Of a DNA stretch of 64,000 nucleotides, positions 13,570-30,594 are shown piece by piece. The DNA is taken from positions 71,362,001 to 71,426,000 of the forward strand of contig OZ024747.1 of assembly GCA_964016885.1 (NCBI GenBank). Direction: 5' to 3'. This DNA is from Eledone cirrhosa (lineage: Eukaryota). The position numbers were made by a program, and so were the translations under genes. Each line of letters starts with the position of its first letter. Positions within the stretch are counted from its first letter, which is position 1. The notes under the pieces were generated by a model that ran no database searches, was not told the DNA's origin, and saw only the letters and a program-made list of their open reading frames with translations.

Positions 13570-13795
13570 CTCAAGGTCTACAGTTGGGTCCCCTGTCGGT
13601 TGATTTTGCCCGTTAAATCTGTCCAGGGATTCGTTTCTGAGACATTCTTATCACATGCCCATAGTATTGATCTCTCAATTCGGAGAAGTAGCGGCTCTAC
13701 CTGCAGTGACTCTCTGATCTCCGAGCTACACACTCTATCGCGTAACATTACTCCAAAGACCCTTCAGATAACCCCATTTCGGCCGCTTCTATTCG
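13570..13795 (-). pseudogene. RTE-clade LINE ORF C-terminal fragment
   Basis: Minus-strand translation with frameshifts: RIEAAEMG..GVMLRDRVCSSEIRESLQVEPLLLRIERS, matching the RTE/Rex3 pattern RIQAAEM..DRVRS..IRE.L.VEPLLL.IERS. Confidence 0.7.
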
Positions 13796-15314
13796 CTTCT
13801 TTACTTAAAATAGTAAGGTTGTGATTTGAGGGAAATTTGGTTGCTATTTTTAGCAGCTTGAGAAACAACATAGGGACTCTTCGTGGATTCGTATCACCGA
13901 AGTTATTAGCGATGGTGATGATGACATAAATAGCGGTGGTTTAGGTCGGAGCATTTGTCTATAAATCATTCTATTTTTTTAATGTTTTTTTTTCTGTTTT
14001 TCTTTAGAAATTCCTCTTAATTTATTTCATTGTCTGTCAAGCCCGTAGCCTGTCGCTCCTTAATTGATGTCGAACACCGGACACCGAACACCAAATACCA
14101 AGCTACTATTTCACATTATTCTTTGTTACTCTGTTGTCTAATGTATCTTTGCCAAGTTCTCTAACAATGTTCGTTCCTTCCACTCTGTCCAAACTTACCT
14201 CTCATCCACACCAATTCTTCTTCAATCACATTTCTCCCTCCATCTAGCCCCCTCTTTTTCCTTTGGCCTGTAGAATCGTTTCTTTTCTTGTTTGCTTTTT
14301 TCTTTTTTGTGTATTTGTTTTAGTAATTCTGCTTAATTTTTTTGTATGTCTATATCTTATTGTTTTTTTTTTAACCACTTCTTCTCTCACTCTTTCCTCC
14401 TTTTTATCTCTCTCCTGTTAAATATCAGAGTTGGGCCATCAGTGACAAGACTTCAGTCTACCAGTAAGTCGTACTAACGACCGTGATTATGGCCTTATGG
14501 TCGGTCAGAGAAAATATCGCTATTTCTCAGCTATAGATCACCGTTACTTCAGACAGCCGCACCTTCACTGGACTTCATTCTTTGGAGGAGAAGATGTATG
14601 TGGGAGGAGGATAATAACAGAGGAGATGATGGTGGTGATAGTGGTGGTGGTGGTGGTGGCGGTGAGTGTGGCGGTGATGGTGGCGGTGGTGGTGAGGTGA
14701 CGGCAGTGGTAATGGCGATTGAGTGTGTGGTGGTGATGGCAAGAAAGTAGCAAAGTGGAAGTTGTGGTGGTGGTGATGGTAGTGGTGGTAGTGATGATGT
14801 GGTGATGTGATGTTTAGTGGTGGTGGCAGTGCCATTCTTGCTATCTCTACATCTTATCTATCTCCTTAGTGCAGCACTGTTTCCTCACAACTTCCGTTTC
14901 CTCCTCCCTGACCTCCAAAACAAAACCATCTCAGTTAAAAATGATTTCAACATGGATTCCATGACAGAAAGAAGTCGGCAGCTCACCAGCAGTAATGAGT
15001 AAATGATGCCTACTCCGATTCAAGGGGTCAGTGTTCAGGAAGGTTCGATAAGGTTGTGGAAGGTCGGAGGAAAGAAAAAAATATATAAGAGGGATAGAAA
15101 TGGAGAAACTTAAAGTAATATTAAGAGGGCGGAAGGTGAAGAGAAAAAGAGACGGAGAAGGAAAAGAAGGAATTCAAGCTTTACGTTTACTGTGGGGAAT
15201 AGTGAGTCTAGTAAATTGTGAGTCAAGCTAAGACACGAAACAATTACAAGGCAGAACAGTGAAAAACAGCATCAGTGTTTTACAGGAAGATAAACAACCC
15301 ACAACCCTCATCTG

Positions 15315-18470
<3,156 letters not shown>

Positions 18471-19659
18471 TACGTACTTGTCATTCGGTTTTTATCAAAA
18501 ATCATCCCCCCCCCCCTCCAATTTACTACTGGCCAAACATTGGCCCCACGACCTCGGCCATCAAAGTCCTCTACACGGTCCATTTAGCTAAATATTGGGT
18601 GGTGCACAGATTCTCTTAAGATACTTAAATCCGAAGAGAAAAATACAGCGATGGGAAAAAAAAGGAGGGAAAAAAGGAAAATATGGAGTTAATGTAAAGA
18701 GAAGTGCAACAGAAGTACTATGGAGATGGTATTGTTGGTGGTGATGGTGGTGGTTGAGGTGGAGATGGTGGTGGTGGTGATGGTTGTGGTGGTTGTATAT
18801 GTAGTGGTGGTGATGGTGGTAGTGGTGGAGATGGTATTGTTGGTGGTGATGGTGGTGGTTGAGGTGGAGATGGTGGTGGTGGTGATGGTTGTGGTGGTTG
18901 TATATGTAGTGGTGGTGATGGTGGTAGTGGTGGAGATGGTATTGTTGGTGGTGATGGTGGTGGTTGAGATGGTTGTATATGTAGTGGTGGTGGTGGTGGT
19001 GGTGGTGGAGGTGTTGTTGTTGTTGGTGGTGATGGTGGCGGTGATGTGGTGTTGGTGGTAGATGTGGTGGTGGTTATGATGGTGTTGAGGGAGATTGTGT
19101 AGTGGTGGTAGTGATGGTTGTGGCGGAGGTGGCGGTGGTGCTGCTTGTGCTTGTGCTAGTAGTGTTGTTGGTGGTTGTGGTAGTGATTATGATGGCGTTG
19201 GGTGAGATTTGGCGGTGGTGGTGGTTTTGATGATAGTTGTAGTAGATTTGGTATGGTAGGGTTAGTGTAGAGGCAGCAATAGTAGTGATGTTGCTGATGG
19301 TGTTGGTGGAGCAGGTTGGCGGCGGTGAAGATGGAAAATATAAGAGAAAAAAGAAGAAAAGAAAGAAATGGTAGAAGAGAGCAACGAAGTGGCGGAGTGG
19401 TTGCGGTATGGTAAACCAACAAAAAAAAAAGAGAAGTAAGATTAAGTTGAAATATCATTGCTTGCCAAAATCTAAATCTTTGGACAGTCCGTTGATTTTG
19501 TTTTTAAGATTTACAGTCATATTTCTATTTAGAAGGTGAGCTCGGTGGCACCAAGTGCTGCAGTGGAGAATCAGCTTTTTGTGTATTACAGTAACCAGGG
19601 AATTAAATAATGTGAAAAACAAACTGCGGGAAGAAGAATGGACGGTAGACAGAGCAGGT

Positions 19660-20070
19660 GTGTGCTTGCGTATGAGTGTGCTTGCGTATGAGTGTACTTG
19701 CGTATGTGTGTGCTTGCGTATGAGTGTGCTTGTGTATGTGCATCTATATCAGGCTGTGTGTATGTGTCTGGCTGCTTGCGTATGAGTGTGCTTGCGTATG
19801 TGCATCTATATCTGGTTGTGTGTATGTGTCTGGTTGCTTGTGTATGAGTGTGCTTGCGTATGTGCATCTATATCTAGTTGTGTGTGTCTGGTTGCTTGTG
19901 TATGAGTGTGCTTGCGTATGTGCATCTATATCTAGTTGTGTGTGTCTGGTTGCTTGCATATGAATGTGCGTATGTGCAGGTGTATTAGGCTGTGTGTATG
20001 TGTCTGGTTCCTTGCGTATGAGTGTGCGTGTGTACATGTATAATCTGGATGTGTGTATGTGCCTGGCTAT
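19660..20070. repeat. ~60-bp minisatellite (TGCTTGCGTATGAGTG..GCATCTATATCTGGTTGTGTG)
   Basis: About 6 diverged units; a related array at 22755-22935. Confidence 0.8.
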
Positions 20071-20166
20071 GTATGAATGTATGTGTCTATATATGAGTTT
20101 GGTACTCTGTATGTGTGTGAGTGTGTGTGCGTGCATGTGTGTGTGTATGTGTGTATATGTGTGTTT

Positions 20167-20201
<35 letters not shown>

Positions 20202-20496
20202 CGCTTGTGTGTTTGTGTGTGTAAGTGTGTGTAAGTGTGTGTGTGTGTAATAATGTTGATTGTGTTGTTTGTAGTGAGGTTTCTAACGGAATCGTTAACT
20301 TGTATTGCTTGTGCTGAGAGGGAAAGAGAGTACTACCAGAACTTTCGAAATTATCTAGAACAGAACGATCGCAAATGGTTTCTCACTAGGGTTGCTATTC
20401 TCGTTCTATATAAAAGTAATAAAAGAGATGGAAATATACACACACGCAGAGTGATTGTTCACACAAAGAAACACACACACACACACACATATATAA

Positions 20497-20557
<61 letters not shown>

Positions 20558-20676
20558 CACAGCCACACGTTCACCAAACTTATTTGATTATTTTATATTA
20601 TTTACGAGACTTGTGAAAATATGACCATTATTTGATTATATATATAAATACATACAAACATATATATATATATATA

Positions 20677-20800
<124 letters not shown>

Positions 20801-21043
20801 TGTGTGTGTCTGTTTATGTCTGTGTGTGTATATATATATATATATATATACAGCTAAGTAAATACGTCTGTGCTCCGGCATATGTGTGTACATATATATA
20901 CATATCATATATATGTACCTGTATATATATATATATGATATATATATATATATATATATATGTCTCTGCGTGTATATTATATGCGTGTATAAATACACGA
21001 TAATAAGCGAAATATATATGCATATATCCACTAATTATTGGTT

Positions 21044-21044
<1 letters not shown>

Positions 21045-21122
<78 letters not shown>

Positions 21123-21132
21123 GACTAATAGA
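21045..21132. repeat. (GATA)n microsatellite
   Basis: Directly visible. Confidence 0.95.
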
Positions 21133-21972
21133 CACTAGCAGACAGAGACACAGACAGCCAGATATACAAAGCCTCATATTTCTCTTATATTAATCTTCCG
21201 ATTGTTCTCTCAAGCATGTTTCATCTGCTGACCTCTCTGTATTTCACTTCCATACTGAACGGGATGTTTAATCAAGAATTCTTAATATTGAAGTAGATAA
21301 ATCATATCTTGACAACACAATATCACAGAAAATCCCTCAAAGCATATTACCATATAAATTAGACAATTTTTCTTTGCGATGCCAAAACTTTGCTCGCAGC
21401 CCCTAACGCAGAAACAAAAAGGAACAGGAAGCTAATAAATAAACCGGAAGCTAAAGAACATCATTATAAATTAAAGTCAATTGAGAGACAAACTATTAAG
21501 AAATATGGATTCCATTTTCTAGGCGCCAGAGTCCCGATATATAAGGAAAGAGGCAGAGAGATTACATGACATTCACACCTTCCTATTCATTATATCATTA
21601 GCAGGTAAAATTAAAGCGGATTGGTTTTTATATGCGTAGATATGAGTGTACTTAAAGCGTTTGCTTCATATCTACATGGCTTCGGGTTCGATCTTACAAC
21701 GTTCGATCTACCCTAGTGAAATTTGATAGATGGAAATTGTGGAACAGTTTCTGTTGAGTAGTAAAACTAATCCATCGCCCAGCTTAACATCATCAATTTG
21801 CTCTTGAGAACTTAGATGGAGTTTGCTCTACTGTAAGCATTCGAACCAGATTTCAGCTTTGAGATCCCTGTAAAAGCTTATTTGAACAGACACATCTTAC
21901 ACTTTCTCTTCAAACTAATCCAGAAACCAAATGAAGCTAGGAATCGAAGCTCAGATTACATTTATTGCAATA

Positions 21973-22075
<103 letters not shown>

Positions 22076-23075
22076 ATGTACCCGCGTTGTGAAAGTGTGT
22101 GGCTTTCTGTTCAAGGTGTTTGACCCACGATAAAAAGCCATGAGATCGATTGTCGGCGGCACGTTGTGTTCTTGATCTTTATTTCAAGTTGCTCCATTTC
22201 CTCAAATGGCAAAAATAAGTTGTATCTTTAATTCAAAGGGGCAGCCTTGTCACACCCTATAACATGCTGAATCTTCATTAAAGATGCACGTGTCTGTTGT
22301 ATGTTATTACCTTGATCAAATCCACTGTTTAGAAATTAGATAATTAATGGATACTATCTGCACCCCAAAAACCCAATAATTCAGTGTTACATGGAGTATT
22401 AAAATATTAAAGATTAAGTTATCAGTTGTATACATGTCTTTTGTATACACATATATTATATATGTATATACATATATAATATGCGTGTGTAAGCAGTAGC
22501 ACTAACATAGCGTGATTCATAATAGAGGTATATATGAAGGCATATGTAATATGTTTATTTATAACAATCATACATAACTCTCACAATGAATGTTTTAAAC
22601 GGCTAATCCAGTAGCAGTGTAATAACGCCAAGCACTAGTATTTCAAGATTGTTTATCCATCATCAGTGACATTGAGTCGGATACACACACACACACACAC
22701 ATGTATATATATAAATATATATGCATATATATATATATATACATGTGTGTGTGTGTGTGTCTGGTTACTTGCATATGAGTGTGTGTATGTGCATGTGTAT
22801 CTAGTTGTATGTATGTGTCTGGCTGCTTGCGTATGAGTGTCCGTATGTGCATGAGTATCAGGCTGTGTGTGTGCGTCTGGCTGCTTGCGAATGAGTGTGC
22901 GTATGTCATCTATATCTGGTTGTGTGTATGTGTTTATATTCCGAAGATATGGTCAGGTACAAACTGTAATTAAAATCGTACGAACACACCTGACTAATAA
23001 AACAATTGTTAAGACTTTGAATAAACCTTATTGTACAGCCGCTCTACCTTATTCTTCATCATTTACTATATATAC

Positions 23076-23106
<31 letters not shown>

Positions 23107-23231
23107 ACTAGGAATTGATCAACATATATATAAATAAATATAAACATGAAAAATCACAGGAGATAATTCCGTTAAGGAATGACACCCATAATTTCGATTC
23201 TGATTGAATTCTTTTAATCTATCTTAATTTT

Positions 23232-23345
<114 letters not shown>

Positions 23346-23586
23346 TATAAAGAAATACAGAGACAGACATAGAAGAGGGCAAGCTAGGATTATACCAGTT
23401 AAAAATGATGGGATTTATTTCTACTTTATTTCAGTAAGTCTTAATGTCTTCATTTCATGCCTCGTCTTTCACTTTCTCTTTCAGTCGTTCTTATTCTTTT
23501 TCGCTTCACTTCCAGTCCATAATTATTTTCACTGACTCTCTTAGATACTTTATTATTTCTTCGTTGCCTATCTATCCATCCACCCA

Positions 23587-23704
<118 letters not shown>

Positions 23705-23716
23705 TATATATATACA

Positions 23717-23764
<48 letters not shown>

Positions 23765-23785
23765 AGAAATACGTATATATATATG

Positions 23786-23862
<77 letters not shown>

Positions 23863-23864
23863 TG

Positions 23865-23929
<65 letters not shown>

Positions 23930-24114
23930 GCATGTGTATATATATATGTATATATGTATGTATATATATATATATATATACATGTAAAGTTATATTTAAA
24001 ATTGTTGGGTTACAACTAGTAAATATTTATAACTGATATAAAAGCACTCGACAAATACTTGGAGTATATTTACAATATTAAATAAATGGAAAACTATATT
24101 TATAAAACCATATT

Positions 24115-24180
24115 TATTTCATTATATATATTTCGGGGATATCATATTAACAATATGCTATGCCTTCATCAGACAAAATA
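24115..24180 (-). ncRNA. Minimal type I hammerhead ribozyme (family A)
   Basis: Mirror of 28985-29050. Confidence 0.75.
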
Positions 24181-24543
24181 CAATATAAACAGTTTTATAG
24201 ATAAATATATTCGACATACCGTAATAAACATCAACTTCATTTGAAGAGGTTCACTCTAGCAGTGAAAATACAGAGAGAAAGAAAGAGAGAGAGAAAAGAG
24301 GGAAATAAGAAAGAAAGAAAGACGAAACGAAGAAAAGGAAGAAAAAGAAGAAAAAGAAGAAATGCATGGGACAAAATAGAGAGATGGAAAAATAGATAAA
24401 GCGAAGAGCTTCATGTAAAGAGACCGAAAGAGATATATATATATATATAGAGAGAGGAAATAGAGATAGATACATATATAAATATAGATATAGAAAAATT
24501 AGGTAGTGGGAGGTCATTTTGAGTAAGTGTATCAATGATGCAT

Positions 24544-24578
<35 letters not shown>

Positions 24579-25667
24579 GCTCAAGTATTAATGTAAGGGA
24601 GATATAGAGAGATATAGAGAGATATAGAGAGAGAAAAATTTAAAAATAGCCAGACATATTCGAGGCGTAGAAAACCCTATGTTTTAATGTATTAGTATTT
24701 ATAAAACTTACACTATATTGTAAATATCAGTATTCCTGAATGAAACAAGTATTCACAATGCGTGAAAATTCATTATCTTATGTTTAGTTTTTTAAAAAAT
24801 TCATATGTCTATGTGAATCCAACTGATTCACTCCGCAAATTCAAAGTTACCGGAAAACATTCTCAATGTGGTATAAACATTTGAGCGTATTATTATTCTT
24901 GCGATTACTCTACAAGATTATCTATCAAGCAGAAATAGAGAGCAGATTTCAATATACTAATCGAAAATATATATTATATTATAAGCAGAGATAACAATAA
25001 TAATGATAATAAGTAAAAATATATAAAAATATAAAAATATAGAATAGAAAACTAAAAACGAATATTACGAAAGAATATTACATAATAAAAATATTGCATA
25101 TTAAAAATACTATGTTTTAAAATTATTACGTATTAAAACTTTACATATAAAAATATTAAAAATAAAAATAAAATAAAATAAAAAATAAAAAATAAAAATA
25201 TAAAAATATTATAGAATACTACAATACTAAAAGAATAAAAATAAAAATAAAAATAAAAATAAAAATAAAAATAAAAATAAAAATAAAAAATAAACCACAA
25301 AGAACAACCCTTCAAGGTTAATTGACAATATATTGCCAAGTTCACTACAAGACAAAGCCAAAAATTATCTATCAAATCACATCTAGCAAGGAATATCGCA
25401 AAAAAAAAAAAGGTTATGATGTCCAATAATGTCTACATATGTTCCTATATTTAATATATAAGTTTATCAAGTGTAAGGTTAATTCATAAAATTTGGAGCA
25501 TCGGCTTTTAGGGTAGCTTAATTTTTCATGAGGAATGTTTAGATAAAAATAAAAATAAAAATAAAATAAATACAATAAAATAAACAGTAAAAAGAGGGAA
25601 TCAAAGATTTAGGAATCAAAAGATTTATCGGCTAGTTCTCATATAAATATAAATCAAACTAAATATA

Positions 25668-26576
25668 CTACATTTTAAATTTAAATTTATATTTAAACGT
25701 TGAGTTTAATCTATGTTTGCAACAACTGAATAAATTTGTCCGTAGGTTAAGGGAATTTTTAGATTTTAGTATAAAGAATATCTCCTCTGCGCAGAGGTCA
25801 CATGTCTCAGAGGATGAATTAAAAGGAATCCCTCTTGAGACTATATTCCAAGCCGTCGAATATCTAACGTTATCTAGCTTAAGTTGCCAGAGTACACCTG
25901 ATAGTGCCGTTGAAGATTTTTTATTTGGATCTGTGAAAGAATTCTTGTGGTTATTATAGCGAAGTTTAAATTCCGTCGATGTGGAACCGACGTAGTTAAA
26001 AGAATTAGAGTCAGTATTAACATTACAATTGTATACTATATTTTTAACTAAGCAGTTGTTATTTAACGGACATTTAGATCTATCTCTACAGTTGCATTTG
26101 TTAACTTGTATATTATTTATGCTATTATCAGTAGTTTTTAAGTTCCTATTATTTATTCTATTAATATTTTGTGCTAAATTTTTGGTGGATGAATAGGTTA
26201 ATTTAATTGTATGCCTATTGAAGATTGAGTGGTACCTATGTGTTCTAGGGAAGCGATTATCAAGAGCTTTGAAAAATAATTTAGCGATGTGGGTTTTAAT
26301 GTTTAGTGAGAAAGGGGGGGCAAACCAAATTATGTTCCTAGTTCTATTTCTTTTTTGTCCTTTGGAATTATTGTAATGCTTTCTATTATAGTTGTTAATG
26401 TTGTTGCCATAATTAAAAAAGTTGTTACTTTGTTTAGTTTGTTTATCATTATCTATGTACACAATCTTATCAGCATACCCTGCCCTAGCTAGTGCATCAT
26501 TATAGTATTGGGCCTTTTCGTCAAAAATCTTTCTATTCGACGAGATCCTAGAGATACGCTTTTGGACTGAGTTTAC
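25668..26576 (-). CDS. PLE ORF C-terminus (end of RT thumb + GIY-YIG endonuclease), left arm, 5'-truncated
   Basis: Mirror of 26581-27489; open up to the palindrome centre. Confidence 0.85.
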   Translation of the reverse strand, partial: VNSVQKRISRISSNRKIFDEKAQYYNDALARAGYADKIVYIDNDKQTKQSNNFFNYGNNINNYNRKHYNNSKGQKRNRTRNIIWFAPPFSLNIKTHIAKLFFKALDNRFPRTHRYHSIFNRHTIKLTYSSTKNLAQNINRINNRNLKTTDNSINNIQVNKCNCRDRSKCPLNNNCLVKNIVYNCNVNTDSNSFNYVGSTSTEFKLRYNNHKNSFTDPNKKSSTALSGVLWQLKLDNVRYSTAWNIVSRGIPFNSSSETCDLCAEEIFFILKSKNSLNLRTNLFSCCKHRLNSTFKYKFKFKM

Positions 26577-26580
26577 TATA

Positions 26581-27489
26581 GTAAACTCAGTCCAAAAGCG
26601 TATCTCTAGGATCTCGTCGAATAGAAAGATTTTTGACGAAAAGGCCCAATACTATAATGATGCACTAGCTAGGGCAGGGTATGCTGATAAGATTGTGTAC
26701 ATAGATAATGATAAACAAACTAAACAAAGTAACAACTTTTTTAATTATGGCAACAACATTAACAACTATAATAGAAAGCATTACAATAATTCCAAAGGAC
26801 AAAAAAGAAATAGAACTAGGAACATAATTTGGTTTGCCCCCCCTTTCTCACTAAACATTAAAACCCACATCGCTAAATTATTTTTCAAAGCTCTTGATAA
26901 TCGCTTCCCTAGAACACATAGGTACCACTCAATCTTCAATAGGCATACAATTAAATTAACCTATTCATCCACCAAAAATTTAGCACAAAATATTAATAGA
27001 ATAAATAATAGGAACTTAAAAACTACTGATAATAGCATAAATAATATACAAGTTAACAAATGCAACTGTAGAGATAGATCTAAATGTCCGTTAAATAACA
27101 ACTGCTTAGTTAAAAATATAGTATACAATTGTAATGTTAATACTGACTCTAATTCTTTTAACTACGTCGGTTCCACATCGACGGAATTTAAACTTCGCTA
27201 TAATAACCACAAGAATTCTTTCACAGATCCAAATAAAAAATCTTCAACGGCACTATCAGGTGTACTCTGGCAACTTAAGCTAGATAACGTTAGATATTCG
27301 ACGGCTTGGAATATAGTCTCAAGAGGGATTCCTTTTAATTCATCCTCTGAGACATGTGACCTCTGCGCAGAGGAGATATTCTTTATACTAAAATCTAAAA
27401 ATTCCCTTAACCTACGGACAAATTTATTCAGTTGTTGCAAACATAGATTAAACTCAACGTTTAAATATAAATTTAAATTTAAAATGTAG
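26581..27489 (+). CDS. PLE ORF C-terminus (end of RT thumb + GIY-YIG endonuclease), right arm, 5'-truncated
   Basis: Open from the centre: VNSVQKRISRISSNRKIFDEKAQYYNDAL, WFAPPFS, CNCRDRSKCPL, IVY..YVG, FKLRYNNH, CDLCAEE, LN; collinear with ORF 7814-8728. Confidence 0.85.
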   Translation, partial: VNSVQKRISRISSNRKIFDEKAQYYNDALARAGYADKIVYIDNDKQTKQSNNFFNYGNNINNYNRKHYNNSKGQKRNRTRNIIWFAPPFSLNIKTHIAKLFFKALDNRFPRTHRYHSIFNRHTIKLTYSSTKNLAQNINRINNRNLKTTDNSINNIQVNKCNCRDRSKCPLNNNCLVKNIVYNCNVNTDSNSFNYVGSTSTEFKLRYNNHKNSFTDPNKKSSTALSGVLWQLKLDNVRYSTAWNIVSRGIPFNSSSETCDLCAEEIFFILKSKNSLNLRTNLFSCCKHRLNSTFKYKFKFKM

Positions 27490-28586
27490 TATATTTAGTT
27501 TGATTTATATTTATATGAGAACTAGCCGATAAATCTTTTGATTCCTAAATCTTTGATTCCCTCTTTTTACTGTTTATTTTATTGTATTTATTTTATTTTT
27601 ATTTTTATTTTTATCTAAACATTCCTCATGAAAAATTAAGCTACCCTAAAAGCCGATGCTCCAAATTTTATGAATTAACCTTACACTTGATAAACTTATA
27701 TATTAAATATAGGAACATATGTAGACATTATTGGACATCATAACCTTTTTTTTGCGATATTCCTTGCTAGATGTGATTTGATAGATAATTTTTGGCTTTG
27801 TCTTGTAGTGAACTTGGCAATATATTGTCAATTAACCTTGAAGGGTTGTTCTTTGTGGTTTATTTTTTATTTTTATTTTTATTTTTATTTTTATTTTTAT
27901 TTTTATTTTTATTTTTATTTTTATTTTTATTCTTTTAGTATTGTAGTATTCTATAATATTTTTATATTTTTATTTTTTATTTTTTATTTTATTTTATTTT
28001 TATTTTTAATATTTTTATATGTAAAGTTTTAATACGTAATAATTTTAAAACATAGTATTTTTAATATGCAATATTTTTATTATGTAATATTCTTTCGTAA
28101 TATTCGTTTTTAGTTTTCTATTCTATATTTTTATATTTTTATATATTTTTACTTATTATCATTATTATTGTTATCTCTGCTTATAATATAATATATATTT
28201 TCGATTAGTATATTGAAATCTGCTCTCTATTTCTGCTTGATAGATAATCTTGTAGAGTAATCGCAAGAATAATAATACGCTCAAATGTTTATACCACATT
28301 GAGAATGTTTTCCGGTAACTTTGAATTTGCGGAGTGAATCAGTTGGATTCACATAGACATATGAATTTTTTAAAAAACTAAACATAAGATAATGAATTTT
28401 CACGCATTGTGAATACTTGTTTCATTCAGGAATACTGATATTTACAATATAGTGTAAGTTTTATAAATACTAATACATTAAAACATAGGGTTTTCTACGC
28501 CTCGAATATGTCTGGCTATTTTTAAATTTTTCTCTCTCTATATCTCTCTATATCTCTCTATATCTCCCTTACATTAATACTTGAGC

Positions 28587-28621
<35 letters not shown>

Positions 28622-28984
28622 ATGCATCATTGATACACTTACTCAAAATGACCTCCCACTACCTAATTTTTCTATATCTATATTTATATATGTATCTATC
28701 TCTATTTCCTCTCTCTATATATATATATATATCTCTTTCGGTCTCTTTACATGAAGCTCTTCGCTTTATCTATTTTTCCATCTCTCTATTTTGTCCCATG
28801 CATTTCTTCTTTTTCTTCTTTTTCTTCCTTTTCTTCGTTTCGTCTTTCTTTCTTTCTTATTTCCCTCTTTTCTCTCTCTCTTTCTTTCTCTCTGTATTTT
28901 CACTGCTAGAGTGAACCTCTTCAAATGAAGTTGATGTTTATTACGGTATGTCGAATATATTTATCTATAAAACTGTTTATATTG

Positions 28985-29050
28985 TATTTTGTCTGATGAA
29001 GGCATAGCATATTGTTAATATGATATCCCCGAAATATATATAATGAAATA
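28985..29050 (+). ncRNA. Minimal type I hammerhead ribozyme (family A)
   Basis: TATTTTGT-CTGATGA-aGG..CATATT gtt AATATG..CCc-GAAA-TATATA-TA-ATGAAATA; palindromic loop III. Confidence 0.75.
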
Positions 29051-29088
29051 AATATGGTTTTATAAATATAGTTTTCCATTTATTTAAT

Positions 29089-29145
<57 letters not shown>

Positions 29146-29157
29146 GTATATATATAT

Positions 29158-29208
29158 AGAATTAGCCGTCGAAACGGCTTGAGCTCAGCTGTCGGGGTCT
29201 TACTGGTT

Positions 29209-29212
<4 letters not shown>
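29158..29212 (+). mobile_element. Family B short-arm fragment in (TA)n
   Basis: AGAATTAGCCGTCGAAACGGCTTGAGCTCAGCTGTCGGGGTCTTACTGGTTCCTA matches 6016-6070. Confidence 0.8.
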
Positions 29213-29243
<31 letters not shown>

Positions 29244-29684
29244 GCATACAGAGAGAGTCACATATATACAACGCATATCACACATACATACGCACATTTG
29301 TGAATCAAGGAAATATCCCAAACATAAATGTTGTGGTGACGAAATTAGTTTTTCTACGTTCATACGTTCTGATGTATGCATGAAACACACGTAATACTAG
29401 ATATTTCACTCAGGGATCATAAATAAAGTCGCATCACCATTATAAATACCAAGCATTACACTGAAGAATGACTTGCATGATCTAAATAAACCATTGCTTC
29501 TAAAATCAGAGGAGAAGTATATTTCATAGAAAACGTTTCATTTCTTCTGCTGTTTGCCGGCACTATAAACATTCCCAGGTTCTAATGCAGATTGACTGAA
29601 ACTCATTAAGATTATATTATTAATGAGTTGGTATATAATACCATATCTAATAGAAGCTACGATAATGAGTATTTACCCGTAGTT

Positions 29685-29950
29685 CACTCTTGCACCGACA
29701 CTTTCTGCCGCCGCAACCTGGTGCAGTCTGCGACTAACCCAGGTTCTGCTGTACGTCAGGCTGAGGAGGCCAAACTGGCATTGGAGACTTCTGGTGTCCT
29801 CGGCCCTAGAGCTACCTCCCTATTCACCACCATAGGCGCTGAGCTGGCCAGCCGCAGGTGTGAGCCCCGCAAGTTGGAGTAGCTTTTCCAGCGCGTCTCC
29901 CTTGCTGTCCTCCGGGGAAACGCCTTCTCCATCCTGTCCACCGGGGCTGT
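29685..29950 (+). pseudogene. CRE-like non-LTR element, restriction-like endonuclease C-terminus
   Basis: CTDTF..SATNPGSAVRQAEEAK..LETSGVLGP..IG..L..EPR..*LFQRVSLAVLRGNAFSIL; internal deletion and stop. Confidence 0.7.
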
Positions 29951-30594
29951 GTGTGTGGGGGGGAGCAATCGCGTATCATTCCATATTTAAGTATGGTCCA
30001 TGAAGAATATGTGCCAATAGCTACTTTTTGCATGTTGCTAATATGTATATAGCTGCTTTTCTTCTGTCATTGTATACGTTCCCTCATTGCAATTATTTAA
30101 ACCACATTTATGAATGGGTACTAACTGTAATTACAACATATTTCTCTAACTTAAAACCATTATAACGGAAATTTACCCACCGTTTACAGGAGTAAATACC
30201 GCTATGGTTAGCAACACAACCAGACTGAAATATATTAAGGATGCATCAAATGATGTGATATTGGTATTTGTTTCACCCAGGATACACCTAAACCGTGATG
30301 ATTTCCAGTGGTTGGCTGAGAAGATGGGACTGTTCGGCTTTCCGTTGTTTTTCCTTTATCCTTTATCTTTCTCCTGTGTGCCCCTTATGATGAATACATA
30401 CATACATGTATATATAAATACGTGTGTGAGTATATATATATATATATTATATATATATATATATATATATCCGGTTCAATTCCATCGGCATAAGTTGAAT
30501 AAGTTGGCCCTCCAAGCTTACAAAACGTATGTTGCTGATATGGTGCCGTTGTAGTAACTGGCCTGAATAATCATATGTATATATGTTTCTGCTC

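Larger units (their letters stand above)
23985..29094. mobile_element. Family A PLE: ~5.0-kb head-to-head palindrome of two 5'-truncated copies plus ~85-nt tail, in (TA)n
   Basis: 24071-26578 is the reverse complement of 26579-29094; centre GTTTACTA|TAGTAAAC; identical mirrored 264-aa ORFs; hammerhead near each outer end. Confidence 0.95.
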
